In this document: positions 17,472-27,370 of the stretch, piece after piece | Layout of the letters: each line of letters begins with the position of its first letter | How positions within the stretch are numbered: the stretch's first letter is position 1 | Assembly (NCBI GenBank): GCA_029882515.1 | Contig: JAOUKN010000001.1 | Span: 5,298 to 69,297, forward strand | Origin: Candidatus Bathyarchaeota archaeon | Lineage (GTDB): Archaea > Thermoproteota > Bathyarchaeia > Bathyarchaeales > Bathyarchaeaceae | DNA length: 64,000 nucleotides | Direction of reading: 5' to 3' | Notes under the pieces: generated by a model | Told to the model about the DNA's origin: nothing | What the model saw: the letters and a program-made list of their open reading frames with translations, nothing else | Databases searched by the model: none | Translations under genes and position numbers: made by a program

Positions 17472-18248
17472 CTAAAAAGCTCCGCCTGTGACCTTGATGA
17501 CTTCTCCTGTTATGTAACTGGATTCATCGGACGCTAAGAAGACTGCAACGGTTGCGACATCTTCTGGCTTTCCAAGCCTGTGATTGATAGCTCGGTATTG
17601 CAGAAAAGGAATCATTGTGCTTTTGACTTTTTCGGGGATAGCTCTTGTCAGTTCGGTGTCAATGAACCCTGGACATATCGAGTTGATGTTGATTCCGTGT
17701 TTTGCCATTTCTCTCGCAAGGCATAACGTAAATCCTATTACTCCAGCTTTACTGGCCCCATAGTTGGTTTGCCCAACGTTGCCAGACACACCAGCCATGG
17801 AGCTTATAGTAATTATCTTCCCGTATTTCCTTTCCACCATATGCTTGAGAGCTGCCTTAGTGCAGTGAAAGACTCCTTTTAGATTCACCGCCATCACCTT
17901 ATCCCAATCTTCCTCAGTCATTTTCAGAAACAAGGCATCCCTCGTAATGCCAGCATTATTAACTAAAATATCTATTCGTCCAAACCTATCAATCGCCGCG
18001 TCAATTATCTTCTCAGCTTCTTCTCTTACCGAAACATCCGCCACAACGGCAACCGCTTTGCCACCCAAACTCTCTATTTCTTTCACAACATCATTGGCTT
18101 TCTCAGCGTGTACATCATTGATCACCAGATTAGCCCCTTCTCGAGCAAAAGCAAGGGTGATAGCCCTTCCTATTCCCCTGGCCGATCCCGTTACTACCGC
18201 TACTTTACCGTTAAGTCGCATAGAATTCACCTCTTGCCTTTTCTCCAT
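17472..18248 (-). CDS. SDR-family oxidoreductase (3-oxoacyl-ACP reductase FabG-like)
   Basis: TGSARGIGRAI, NNAG and YGASKAG motifs. Confidence 0.9.
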   Translation of the reverse strand: MEKRQEVNSMRLNGKVAVVTGSARGIGRAITLAFAREGANLVINDVHAEKANDVVKEIESLGGKAVAVVADVSVREEAEKIIDAAIDRFGRIDILVNNAGITRDALFLKMTEEDWDKVMAVNLKGVFHCTKAALKHMVERKYGKIITISSMAGVSGNVGQTNYGASKAGVIGFTLCLAREMAKHGININSICPGFIDTELTRAIPEKVKSTMIPFLQYRAINHRLGKPEDVATVAVFLASDESSYITGEVIKVTGGAF

Positions 18249-18372
18249 GCATCCATATTTAATGATTTTTGAGTCACTCCACTAAATCCATATTACATAC
18301 AATACCCTGTGAAAAAGTTGAAGCATATTATTAGGTTGAACTCAGAAAGGTAGTATTCAAGAGGGTCTATCA

Positions 18373-19647
18373 TTGCATGCAGCCAACCTTCGAAACGTCT
18401 TAGTCATAGGTTTAGATGTCGTTTCATTGGCTGCCTCTGCCAAAAGGGCTGGCTATCACGTTTATGCTGCGGATTTTTTTGGAGATCAAGATCTTAAACC
18501 TCTGTGCCAGAAAAATCGTTCAATCATCAAGCAGAGACCCTGGAAAACTTGTGGACAAATAAGTACCGATTTCAATCCAGCAGCCCTCCTCCAGCTAGCC
18601 CGAGCCCTTCTGAAAATGAACGCCATAGATGCGGCGTTATTGTCGTCAGGCTTAGACGACTCCTTAGACGTTCTATTTGAGCTCAACGACGTGATTCCCA
18701 TACTTGGAAACCATCCCAACGTGATCCAAAAGGTACGTGATAAAATGCGATTTTTCCAGGAGCTTAAACGCTTAGGGATACCGCATCCTGAAACCGCATT
18801 CGCTGAGAATTACACGGAAGCAAGAGACACAGCCAAAGATGTCGATTACCCCGTTCTGATTAAGCCTTCACAGAGTTTCGGAGGCGCAGGGATACGAAAG
18901 GCGGAGAATCCCAGAGAATTTGCGCAAGCATTCCGAGAGGCTTCGTTCTACGATGAACGAGTTTTGATTCAAAAATATATTTCCGGAACACCTGCAAGTG
19001 CGTCTCTGATCTCCTCTGCTAATGGAGCTGTTGCTCTGACATTGAATGAACAATTGCTAGGAGTAGAAGCGGTGGGTCAAGAAGAGCCTTTTGGCTACTG
19101 CGGAAATATCGTTCCTCTAGTGATGTCCAGAGCGGTTACGGAGAACTGTAAAGCCATTGTTGAACGAATTGCGGCGCGCTTTGGTCTTGTCGGATCTAAC
19201 GGAGTAGACTTCGTAATATCCCAAGAAGGAACACCCTACGTTATCGAAGTCAATCCCCGTTTTCAAGGAACTCTAGAATGCGTCGAACGGGTCCTCGGAA
19301 TAAACATCGTAAAAACACATGTGCAAACGTGTTCTGAAGGGACCCTTCCGACAATCGCGAAAACCTCTCAACGCTTTTGCAGCAGACTCATCTTGTTTGC
19401 CCCGCAACGCTCACTCATGCCAGACCTAACTGCTTTCAAGGAAGTTAGCGATATTCCCCTCACAAGTGTCATTGTGGAGAAGGGGGAACCAGTCTGCTCT
19501 ATAGTTGCAGAGGGAGCAGAACGACTTTCTTCATTCAGAAGCACAATGATTGTCGCGGAATCTATCCGCAAGTTACTGCTGCCAGTTGATGGCGGGCCAC
19601 CAGAATCCCAAGCGCGCTCTTTCCAGAGTTTTGGTGAAACTACGTAG
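18373..19647 (+). CDS. ATP-grasp enzyme (COG2232-like carboligase)
   Basis: YPVLIKPSQSFGGAGI and GSNGVDFVI...YVIEVNPRFQG are ATP-grasp signatures. Confidence 0.75.
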   Translation: MHAANLRNVLVIGLDVVSLAASAKRAGYHVYAADFFGDQDLKPLCQKNRSIIKQRPWKTCGQISTDFNPAALLQLARALLKMNAIDAALLSSGLDDSLDVLFELNDVIPILGNHPNVIQKVRDKMRFFQELKRLGIPHPETAFAENYTEARDTAKDVDYPVLIKPSQSFGGAGIRKAENPREFAQAFREASFYDERVLIQKYISGTPASASLISSANGAVALTLNEQLLGVEAVGQEEPFGYCGNIVPLVMSRAVTENCKAIVERIAARFGLVGSNGVDFVISQEGTPYVIEVNPRFQGTLECVERVLGINIVKTHVQTCSEGTLPTIAKTSQRFCSRLILFAPQRSLMPDLTAFKEVSDIPLTSVIVEKGEPVCSIVAEGAERLSSFRSTMIVAESIRKLLLPVDGGPPESQARSFQSFGETT

Positions 19648-19839
19648 GAGAGCGAGAGCCTTCGTGAATTGGGAGTTCATTTCAATCCCTAGCGCAATTT
19701 GGTTCGATTCAGCCAAGAATGCACAGTTTTAAATATTCTTCTGTATTTTTATAAAGATGAAGAAGCGGGAGGATAGAATCTGAGTTTAGTTGACACTATT
19801 TCCCGAAAACTTCGGGTTCGGAAATGGCAATCTCTTTTA

Positions 19840-20229
19840 TTGGTTGTAGTCGGGATAACAATCCTATGTACCTATTATATCACTAGTGCTGCAACCGGTG
19901 AAGGAAAGAATTACCTTCTCACGATTACATTGGATAAAGATGTGTACCAGCAAGGTGAAAGAATGTACATTACGATAAAAAACGTGTCAAACGAAACATT
20001 GCACTTTACTAACTCAAACTATGGCTTGGAATATCAATTTTGGAATGGGTTCAGCTGGACGTTTTTCATAGGGATGCCCGGTCGAATGGTTGTCGTGGAG
20101 TTGAAACCGGGAGAAATTGGATACGTCCAACATTCTCTAGTCGGAAGCTGGTATCTTGAAGTTGGAAAATGGCGGGTCGGAGACAGCTATTATGACTGTT
20201 GGACTGAATTCTTCGTAATTCTTGACTGA
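19840..20229 (+). CDS. Hypothetical anchored Ig-like/beta-sandwich protein
   Basis: Track ORF with TTG start. TM helix followed by a beta-rich domain. Confidence 0.45.
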   Translation: MVVVGITILCTYYITSAATGEGKNYLLTITLDKDVYQQGERMYITIKNVSNETLHFTNSNYGLEYQFWNGFSWTFFIGMPGRMVVVELKPGEIGYVQHSLVGSWYLEVGKWRVGDSYYDCWTEFFVILD

Positions 20230-20325
20230 ATCTCAATCATTGAAGAACATGGGTTCGCGCAAGAAATTAGAACCTTCATATTACGCAGAAGGATGTTACG
20301 AAACCACTAAAGTAATTCCATTCTA

Positions 20326-21084
20326 TTAAGCACGCTTGGCCTTAGACGCTTCTCCTTTTTTGGTACTCATTGCAAAAGGACGGAAGTCTAGTTTTCTCAT
20401 AGCTTTGATTAGTGGAGGTCCAACGGTTGTCGTTACCAGAATAGAGATCGCTACCTTTATGGGAGTTATGGCAGCTGCTTCAACCCAAATGGGAACCAAC
20501 TGGTCTACTGTGAATTCATAGAAGAGCCGATAAGTTTGACCTGGAATGAAAACGAAAATTCTGAGCAGTATGTCAGCTTCTAATCCAATCAGGGCCGACA
20601 ACGCAATGATGTACACTAACCCTTTAGATTCGGGATGCCATATCCTCTTCCAAATCATCATCGTCACAGCAACTACTAGAAGAACGGCGTAGGCCAGATA
20701 GACGTCCCACATGCCCCAGATGGGAAGCTGCCCGGCAATGGGCGTAACGAGATAAAATCCAAGGAGGGCAGTGTAGTAAGTCAGAACGATCTTCCATCTT
20801 CCTCTAAAAACGAACCCGGCCATCATAGCTCCCAGCGGAGCTCCCAAGGTAAAAAGAAACTCGTACACATCTCTGAAATATATAGAATGGCCAATCATGA
20901 CTCCGATCAGGCTGGACAGGAATCCGGCATACGGTCCGAGGACAATACCATTAATGGGTTCTACTATGAAAATCCAACCAGTCCACACTCCAGATGATAA
21001 CTCGGGTAAGCCTGTCAAGGAATCCAAAATGGCATTAATGGACGCAAAGAGAGCCACGAGAGCCAAAAACTGAGATTTTCTCAT
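20326..21084 (-). CDS. Polytopic membrane protein (possibly an ECF-type substrate-capture component)
   Basis: 252 aa with about 6 TM helices. The assignment is weak. Confidence 0.5.
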   Translation of the reverse strand: MRKSQFLALVALFASINAILDSLTGLPELSSGVWTGWIFIVEPINGIVLGPYAGFLSSLIGVMIGHSIYFRDVYEFLFTLGAPLGAMMAGFVFRGRWKIVLTYYTALLGFYLVTPIAGQLPIWGMWDVYLAYAVLLVVAVTMMIWKRIWHPESKGLVYIIALSALIGLEADILLRIFVFIPGQTYRLFYEFTVDQLVPIWVEAAAITPIKVAISILVTTTVGPPLIKAMRKLDFRPFAMSTKKGEASKAKRA

Positions 21085-21189
21085 TTTCTTTCCTTCATAA
21101 TGCCGTAGGCTGTTGCTAATAAATCTTCGATTGTGCGTGGCCGCTCTATTTCAGGAGTGTTCTAGTTGTGATACGCTACGTTCTAGACC

Positions 21190-21201
21190 TGTGTGCGCGC
21201 A
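21190..21201. repeat. Alternating run tgtgtGCGCGCa
   Basis: Read directly. It ends 6 nt before the stop codon (21208-21210) of 21208..21702(-). Confidence 0.85.
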
Positions 21202-21207
21202 AATGTA

Positions 21208-21702
21208 TTATAGAATCTCGAAAATAGCATCAAGCAGATATTTGGCGATAAATTTTTTATCTATCAATTCTCCGTCTGGATCGTTTAAACCTCTACAACA
21301 AGGAATAAACTTCAACATAAGAGAGTTAGAGTTGATTCTCTCAAAATCGAATGGATAAATCCTACACAAAGCTGGTCTAACGTCATAGATCGAACATTCG
21401 TAAGCCTTCAATCTCTCATTAAATTTGAGAAAAACACAGGAACCATCCTCTCTCTTTCTCAATCTGCTTTGCGTCATTGACGCATGGCGACTGATGTTTC
21501 TCGCACTCGTTTCAAGAACATTATCATTGACATAACCTGCTTCCTTTATTCGCTGAACGTCATTTTCAGCCAGGGTTGGACCTCCCAACTTGCAACAGAA
21601 AATTGCGCATCTTTTACACTTGAATCGGAGATTTCCTTTGCAAACTGTTATGTCTGCGATCTGTTTTGTTTCTAAGACGATTTTCGCAATGTCGTCCGAC
21701 AA
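21208..21702 (-). CDS. YkgJ-family cysteine-cluster (zinc/iron-chelating) protein
   Basis: CKRCAIFCCK plus distal Cys residues (CSIYDVRPALCRIYP). Confidence 0.7.
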   Translation of the reverse strand: MSDDIAKIVLETKQIADITVCKGNLRFKCKRCAIFCCKLGGPTLAENDVQRIKEAGYVNDNVLETSARNISRHASMTQSRLRKREDGSCVFLKFNERLKAYECSIYDVRPALCRIYPFDFERINSNSLMLKFIPCCRGLNDPDGELIDKKFIAKYLLDAIFEIL

Positions 21703-21834
21703 CGTGATTCAGCGTCCACCTTGATGTGATACTCCAGCGTGGGTCATATAAGTTGAGGTTTCCAGTGTCCCTCGTTCGTAGCAGAACAGTTTTAATATCG
21801 CAATCAACCTAGAATCGGTGCATGCGTTGAGGGT

Positions 21835-22116
21835 GTGAATATGGTTAGACGGACTAGGGAAGATGCCCAAAGAATGATCAGGTCCATTGCCGTTCTACTT
21901 CGGAACACAACTTGGAAGTGTGGGAGAGTTGAGCGAGTAGTCGTAGACTATCTGAGGAGTCGGTTCCGGAGATGTGGACAGGCAAGCACCCCTATACGAG
22001 AAATGCTACAACACCTGAAACTTAGTGGAAAGCAGAAAAGCGAATTCTTGGACGCAATCAAGCGATTGGAGAAAAGAAGAATCATCAGAATCGTGGGATA
22101 TTCACAATCTTTATGA
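21835..22116 (+). CDS. Hypothetical basic protein, 93 aa
   Basis: Track ORF only. Confidence 0.35.
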   Translation: MNMVRRTREDAQRMIRSIAVLLRNTTWKCGRVERVVVDYLRSRFRRCGQASTPIREMLQHLKLSGKQKSEFLDAIKRLEKRRIIRIVGYSQSL

Positions 22117-22355
22117 AAACTCATGTTCTTTTTGCTTCATAGTGAGTATCGTGCTATCACCGGAATCATAGCTTTACATGCCTAGAATAGCAGCACTGCG
22201 CACACGTACTCGTTAATTCGATTTTGTCTCCAAAAATTTCATTTTGTTATAAAAAATGGGCGTACACACATAGATGTAATCTTTATTGTGCTTTCATAAA
22301 TCTAAAGTATTCAGAAAGCAGAAACTCCTTGCAAAAGATTTGGAAGGAATGAGAA

Positions 22356-22664
22356 ATGGAAACAAGAAGTAGATTAGATGTTAGGACAGTTGTGACAGTC
22401 GTCTCTGTAGTAGCACTAGTGGCATTCGTCTTGTGGAACCTCGGATTTGGACTCGCCGCGGCCCAATCTTTGCAGAATCAACTGGACAGCGTAACCGCAG
22501 AAAGAAATACTTTACAAACTGAAGTAACTAGCTTGCGAAATCAAGTTGCATCATTAAACACGCAAGTGACCTGGCAACAAGAACAAATTCAATCCCTGGA
22601 AACGCAGATGGAACTTTACGTAGACTACATCTATGAGCACCTCTACATCTTTGCGCAGCCCTAA
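22356..22664 (+). CDS. Membrane-anchored coiled-coil protein
   Basis: TM helix followed by a heptad-like Q/L-rich segment (LQNQLDSVTAERNTLQTEVTSLRNQVASLNTQV). Confidence 0.5.
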   Translation: METRSRLDVRTVVTVVSVVALVAFVLWNLGFGLAAAQSLQNQLDSVTAERNTLQTEVTSLRNQVASLNTQVTWQQEQIQSLETQMELYVDYIYEHLYIFAQP

Positions 22665-23021
22665 TACCAATACGTACAAGAGCCAGTACGGCGGCATATA
22701 TCCATACGTTTCTGACAAAGAAACTCTGCAATCTTTGAACATGACAGATATTCCACTTTTGCTTATCAAGTAACTCATTTTTGTGATCGGTAACGCTGTC
22801 ACATCTCTCAAGAGAATCATGAAGACATAACTCTCCTGCAGTGGCGTCTAGTATCACAGGTCACTGTTACATTAGCGTGCAAAACGTTGACTGTTTCGCA
22901 CGCTAATATCCAATGGTTCTGAAAGCTCAGAGTTTCACTGATCATTTCGACAAAAACCCACATATTTTCGGTTCCACTTTCTGAATCGTTTAAATATGTT
23001 CACAGAGATTTACAGAGACAA

Positions 23022-23693
23022 GTGGAACCGATGAAGAACATTCACTGTATACTTATTCCCGCTCTGTTGCTACTACTAGCATTGTGTTTTGCAATTCCTG
23101 AAGCAATCAATCTTGAGAGTTTGAGCGAATTTAGTCCACTTTCACAAAATCAAACATTATACTTTGCAACTGAAGAAATTGATCTAGACGGATACGGGAA
23201 CGCCTTTCTATTGGATACCGCTCCTGTGAACAGCCAAGTACCGGAAGAAGCCAATCACGTAGAATTTGTTTCCCTTCCTCTCGTAGGTAACTTTACATTT
23301 GCCAACTTGACCGTAGTGGTTTACCACACGTTGATATTCGAAGATGGTCATCAGTTGGACATTAAGGTTGGATGGCTCGACGTTCAGAATCAATCTCATG
23401 TTTCTCATTTCAGCTACGAAAGCTTGAAGGTTGAAACTCAAGTGACCTTACATTCATTTGCAGTTGATTGTTGTGGCATAGTGGTCTTTGAAGGAGAAAG
23501 ACTTTGGTTAGAATTGCAAACCAGTAGTTCAAACATCCATCTTTTCTGGGGAAAACTAACCCACGACAGCAGAGTATCATACCATGGAGCCGCTTCATTC
23601 ATACCCGAACTTCCTTCATTTGCCGTCGCACTTGTCCTAATATTTCTGACATTGATTGCCGTTGTAGCACGGGCGAGAACTCATCAGACTTGA
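23022..23693 (+). CDS. Secreted protein with a C-terminal TM anchor
   Basis: Signal-like N-terminus and a C-terminal PELPSFAVALVLIFLTLIAVVARAR anchor. Confidence 0.55.
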   Translation: MEPMKNIHCILIPALLLLLALCFAIPEAINLESLSEFSPLSQNQTLYFATEEIDLDGYGNAFLLDTAPVNSQVPEEANHVEFVSLPLVGNFTFANLTVVVYHTLIFEDGHQLDIKVGWLDVQNQSHVSHFSYESLKVETQVTLHSFAVDCCGIVVFEGERLWLELQTSSSNIHLFWGKLTHDSRVSYHGAASFIPELPSFAVALVLIFLTLIAVVARARTHQT

Positions 23694-23911
23694 CACTCAT
23701 TTACTGAAGAGAAACTTTATTACACATTGTGCACTTATTTCTTGATTTGTTAGAAGGTGAATTTATGTTCCAGAGGGCTTACGTTTGTTCATAGGACTTT
23801 TGCCCTAACGGAATCAGCTTCATGGGTTTTTGTTTTTAGACGAATAAGTTCTCGAAAAGAGACTCGTGTTCTAATAACACATTTAAGTGTTAAAAGTAGT
23901 GGTGATTAATC

Positions 23912-25342
23912 ATGGTGTCATTAAAGGTTTATAATACTCTTACTAGGCAGAAAGAGGAATTCGTACCATTAGACAAGAATAAGGTTGGAATCTATGTCTG
24001 CGGTCCCACTGTTTATGATGACATACATATCGGCAATGCAAGAGCCTTTGTAGCCTTTGACATTATCCGACGCTATCTCGAATACAAAGGCTACAAAGTA
24101 ACTTATGTGTGCAATATAACCGACGTTGATGACAAGACTGTCACACGTGTGAAAGAAACTGGAATAAGTCTCCAACAGCTCGGAGAAAGACATACTGACG
24201 CTTACTTCGAAGACATTGCCAAACTTAACTTAAAAAAACCTGACATCAACCCCCGAGCAACACAACACATGGAAGACATTATCAATCTCATTCAAACTCT
24301 AATAGACAAAGGGCTAGCCTACATAAGCGACGGCGATGTCTACTACGACGTTTCAAAGTTCGACGAGTACGGCAAACTTTCTGGAAACAAAGCGGAAGCG
24401 TTGAAAGCCGGAGCACGAATCGAAGTTAACCCACGCAAAAGACATCCAGCCGACTTCGCTCTCTGGAAAAAAACCGAACCAACAGAGCCTTCTTGGATTA
24501 GCCCTTGGGGCAAGGGGAGACCCGGCTGGCACATTGAATGTTCCGCGATATCGATGAAATATCTTGGCGAGACATTCGACATTCATGGTGGAGGCGAAGA
24601 TTTGATATTTCCACATCATGAAAATGAAATCGCTCAATCTGAAGGCGCCACTGGAAAGATGTTTGTGAAGTACTGGTTACACAACGGATGGCTTACTATA
24701 AATGGCGGAAAAATGTCTAAATCTCTTGGAAACTTCATTACTGCTCGAGAGGCCGTGGAGAAATATAGTCCACAAGTTGTAAGATTCTTCTTGGCGTCAG
24801 TTCATTATCGTAGTTCCATGGGTTTTAGCGATAAAGGCTTAAGGCAGGCCCGTCGAAACCTTGAGAGACTAATCAATTCTCTTGAGAATCTTGAGGCACT
24901 GGAAGAAAGCCAGCAAAAAAGCGTTGGCAATAAAAGTCTTTTAGCGAAGGTGGAAGAAATGAGGCAGAAATTTGAGGAGGCCATGGATGACGATTTCAAC
25001 ACTTCTCTCGCGGTTGCTGCGCTCTTCAATTTAGGAAAAGAAATCAACAAATTCATTGACACCAATACCGAAATAGAAGGTAAAACCAGAAGAGAAGTCG
25101 TCAGAATTATGAAGAGTCTACTTGAAGATGTGCTTGGCGTTCAAATCGAAGGGTATAAACCTGAAAGTGAAAAACTTGTAAAAGATCTGATGGAACTGAT
25201 TTTTGAAATGCGACAAGCAGCTCGTAACCGAGGAGACTGGAAGACTGCTGATGAAATCAGGCGAAAGCTGAGGAAAATAGGATTTGTCATCGAAGACACA
25301 TCCAAAGGTACAAAATGGAAATTCCAACAACTGAAATTGTAG
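23912..25342 (+). CDS. cysS: Cysteine--tRNA ligase
   Basis: HIGNARAF (HIGH) and KMSKS motifs. 476 aa. Confidence 0.97.
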   Translation: MVSLKVYNTLTRQKEEFVPLDKNKVGIYVCGPTVYDDIHIGNARAFVAFDIIRRYLEYKGYKVTYVCNITDVDDKTVTRVKETGISLQQLGERHTDAYFEDIAKLNLKKPDINPRATQHMEDIINLIQTLIDKGLAYISDGDVYYDVSKFDEYGKLSGNKAEALKAGARIEVNPRKRHPADFALWKKTEPTEPSWISPWGKGRPGWHIECSAISMKYLGETFDIHGGGEDLIFPHHENEIAQSEGATGKMFVKYWLHNGWLTINGGKMSKSLGNFITAREAVEKYSPQVVRFFLASVHYRSSMGFSDKGLRQARRNLERLINSLENLEALEESQQKSVGNKSLLAKVEEMRQKFEEAMDDDFNTSLAVAALFNLGKEINKFIDTNTEIEGKTRREVVRIMKSLLEDVLGVQIEGYKPESEKLVKDLMELIFEMRQAARNRGDWKTADEIRRKLRKIGFVIEDTSKGTKWKFQQLKL

Positions 25343-25460
25343 AGTGCGATCGCCTGAGAAACTTGCATCTTCGGATTCTGTTCTGATGTAGTGGTTCGAA
25401 ATGTGAAAGGAACGATAGTGTTACTTGTTCCATGTGACATTGATGGCAAGATACCAAAAG

Positions 25461-25916
25461 CTACGAATTGAAATGCTTCTCATTTTTCTGAGAAAGAAAA
25501 TGCACAGCGCCTAACACGGTTTTCGCCAGTCCGAGAAGTTCAACAAAGATAAGCATCGCTAATATGATGCTGAGATCGACGGCAATGTACAACATCTCAA
25601 TTGTTACAGTTATGCTACCGCGACCTAACGTGCAGATGAAAAACACTATCAAAACTATTACTCTCAAGAAACTGAATATATATTGAAAAATCGTCCCTGA
25701 AGTGAGTTCAACTATGACGATGAAAAGTATGATTATTACCGCAAAGATGTTCATGGAAAGTTTGTATTCAGCTGGGAGAAAATCGTCTTGAAGCAGAAGT
25801 GATGGTATCAAGTAAATTAACACGAATGCAATGATGGATTTGAAGGCTGCCTTCAGGATCCTTGGTAACAGCTTTTTGACAAGGTTTTTTCCATTTCCTT
25901 CCTCATGATCATACAT
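25461..25916 (-). CDS. Membrane protein, 151 aa (last gene of a 4-gene membrane cluster)
   Basis: Track ORF with 4 TM helices. It lies 7 nt downstream of the preceding gene. Confidence 0.55.
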   Translation of the reverse strand: MYDHEEGNGKNLVKKLLPRILKAAFKSIIAFVLIYLIPSLLLQDDFLPAEYKLSMNIFAVIIILFIVIVELTSGTIFQYIFSFLRVIVLIVFFICTLGRGSITVTIEMLYIAVDLSIILAMLIFVELLGLAKTVLGAVHFLSQKNEKHFNS

Positions 25917-25923
25917 GAAGTTA

Positions 25924-26691
25924 TCACCAACTCATTATTATGGGGCCAAGGCTGAATGTAGAAGTCTCAAAATAGAAGTGTACTTCCCCTTTCTCTGTTA
26001 GCTTTGACACATCCACGGATACTTCCAATCGGTCGTCATACATATGGCCAGGCGGCACGCTTACGTCCATCATTCCAGAACCCAGGTGTTGATTGTTGCC
26101 GTTGTAAATCTCCAGTCTCAGTGTTCCGTCAATATAGACTGGTGAATGGTTCTCAAAGTTTAAAGGAACAATCATTTCTTGAGCGATCAAGTCAGCGGAG
26201 ATTTCTCCAATAGCGAAATTACTTAGAGGTGCGCCCCACCACAGGGTTGTATTAGCTGACATTTGCAATGAGACCGCATGTGCGAACATCATCGCTATGA
26301 GGACGTTAATTGTGAGATTACTGTCCTCAAATACGAGGTAGGTCAGATTCTGTGCCATGTAAGGTAGACTAACGGAGATGTTGTGGGTTCTTTCGACAAA
26401 ACTATCTGCGGGAATCAAGGGCACTAGAGTTGTAGAGGTCGACACAGAAGTTCCATTGTGATCTCTTATTTCGGTTGTTATGTTGAGTCCAGATATGCTG
26501 TAGAAACCGGTATTATTGATATAGAAAGGTAAAGCCAGTGTCATTAGACCGTTTGAGACCAGAGGAGGCTGCGGTTGTCCAACACCTGCTTGCAGGTTCG
26601 TGGCAGAATAGGCGACTGTGAGCCCAAATATGATGATTGCGACCCAGAGTATTCTTGTGGCCCAGCCTAAAGCCCGGACGACTTGTCTCAT
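25924..26691 (-). CDS. Anchored extracytoplasmic beta-rich protein (LEA_2-like?)
   Basis: N-terminal TM helix, then two beta-rich halves carrying N-x-T/S sites. Confidence 0.5.
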   Translation of the reverse strand: MRQVVRALGWATRILWVAIIIFGLTVAYSATNLQAGVGQPQPPLVSNGLMTLALPFYINNTGFYSISGLNITTEIRDHNGTSVSTSTTLVPLIPADSFVERTHNISVSLPYMAQNLTYLVFEDSNLTINVLIAMMFAHAVSLQMSANTTLWWGAPLSNFAIGEISADLIAQEMIVPLNFENHSPVYIDGTLRLEIYNGNNQHLGSGMMDVSVPPGHMYDDRLEVSVDVSKLTEKGEVHFYFETSTFSLGPIIMSW

Positions 26692-26725
26692 CGGGGAGTC
26701 TTCCGTTTACTCTTCTCTGAAAGAA

Positions 26726-27040
26726 TCATTCGTTGCTCGTTTGGTTGCGCGTGCGTGTTTCTCGTTGTTTTGCTTCTTGTCGTGTTTGTGTGAGAATCTG
26801 TATTCCTCTCATAGTTATGATGGAGCCGATCCATCCCATTATGCCAAGGTACATTACGCGAATGCTGGTTTCGATTAGTGGACCGAGGATTTCACCAAAA
26901 GCTTCTACAAGATTGGTTGATAGGATGCTAAGTTTTTCTCCGAGAAATAAATAGGCATTGACAAATGTGAACACCAAAAGCCCGATACCTATGAGAATTA
27001 CGGTGTACCCCAAGATTTCGGATTTTTCAAGCAAGTGCAA
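26726..27040 (-). CDS. Small membrane protein, 104 aa
   Basis: Track ORF with 2-3 TM helices and a basic tail. Confidence 0.5.
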   Translation of the reverse strand: MHLLEKSEILGYTVILIGIGLLVFTFVNAYLFLGEKLSILSTNLVEAFGEILGPLIETSIRVMYLGIMGWIGSIITMRGIQILTQTRQEAKQRETRTRNQTSNE

Positions 27041-27070
27041 TCCCTCTTAATATTTCAATGAGTATTACCA

Positions 27071-27370
27071 TCAGCCTTTTCTGAGCCCTAGTGCGAATCC
27101 GACTGTAAAGCTAAGTACAAGTGGCAAGTTCGTGATTAGCGGCGTCAGCACCTCTACTGCTTGAGCAGGATCAAATAATTTGGATACGAATTCCACAACA
27201 CCATCATAGTTTATAGCAAAGACATTTGTATAGTCGAGTAGCATCAACGCGAAAATGAAAATTCCAATAGTCAATGCCAATACTTTGATGATTTTCCTTA
27301 TTCCATAACCTAAGAAAAAGCCTCCGATTCCACCTATTCCTAGTAAATAAACTGCAGGAGCTAGACTCAT
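27071..27370 (-). CDS. Small membrane protein, 99 aa
   Basis: Track ORF. Gly-rich TM helices (LLGIGGIGGFFLGYG). Confidence 0.5.
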   Translation of the reverse strand: MSLAPAVYLLGIGGIGGFFLGYGIRKIIKVLALTIGIFIFALMLLDYTNVFAINYDGVVEFVSKLFDPAQAVEVLTPLITNLPLVLSFTVGFALGLRKG

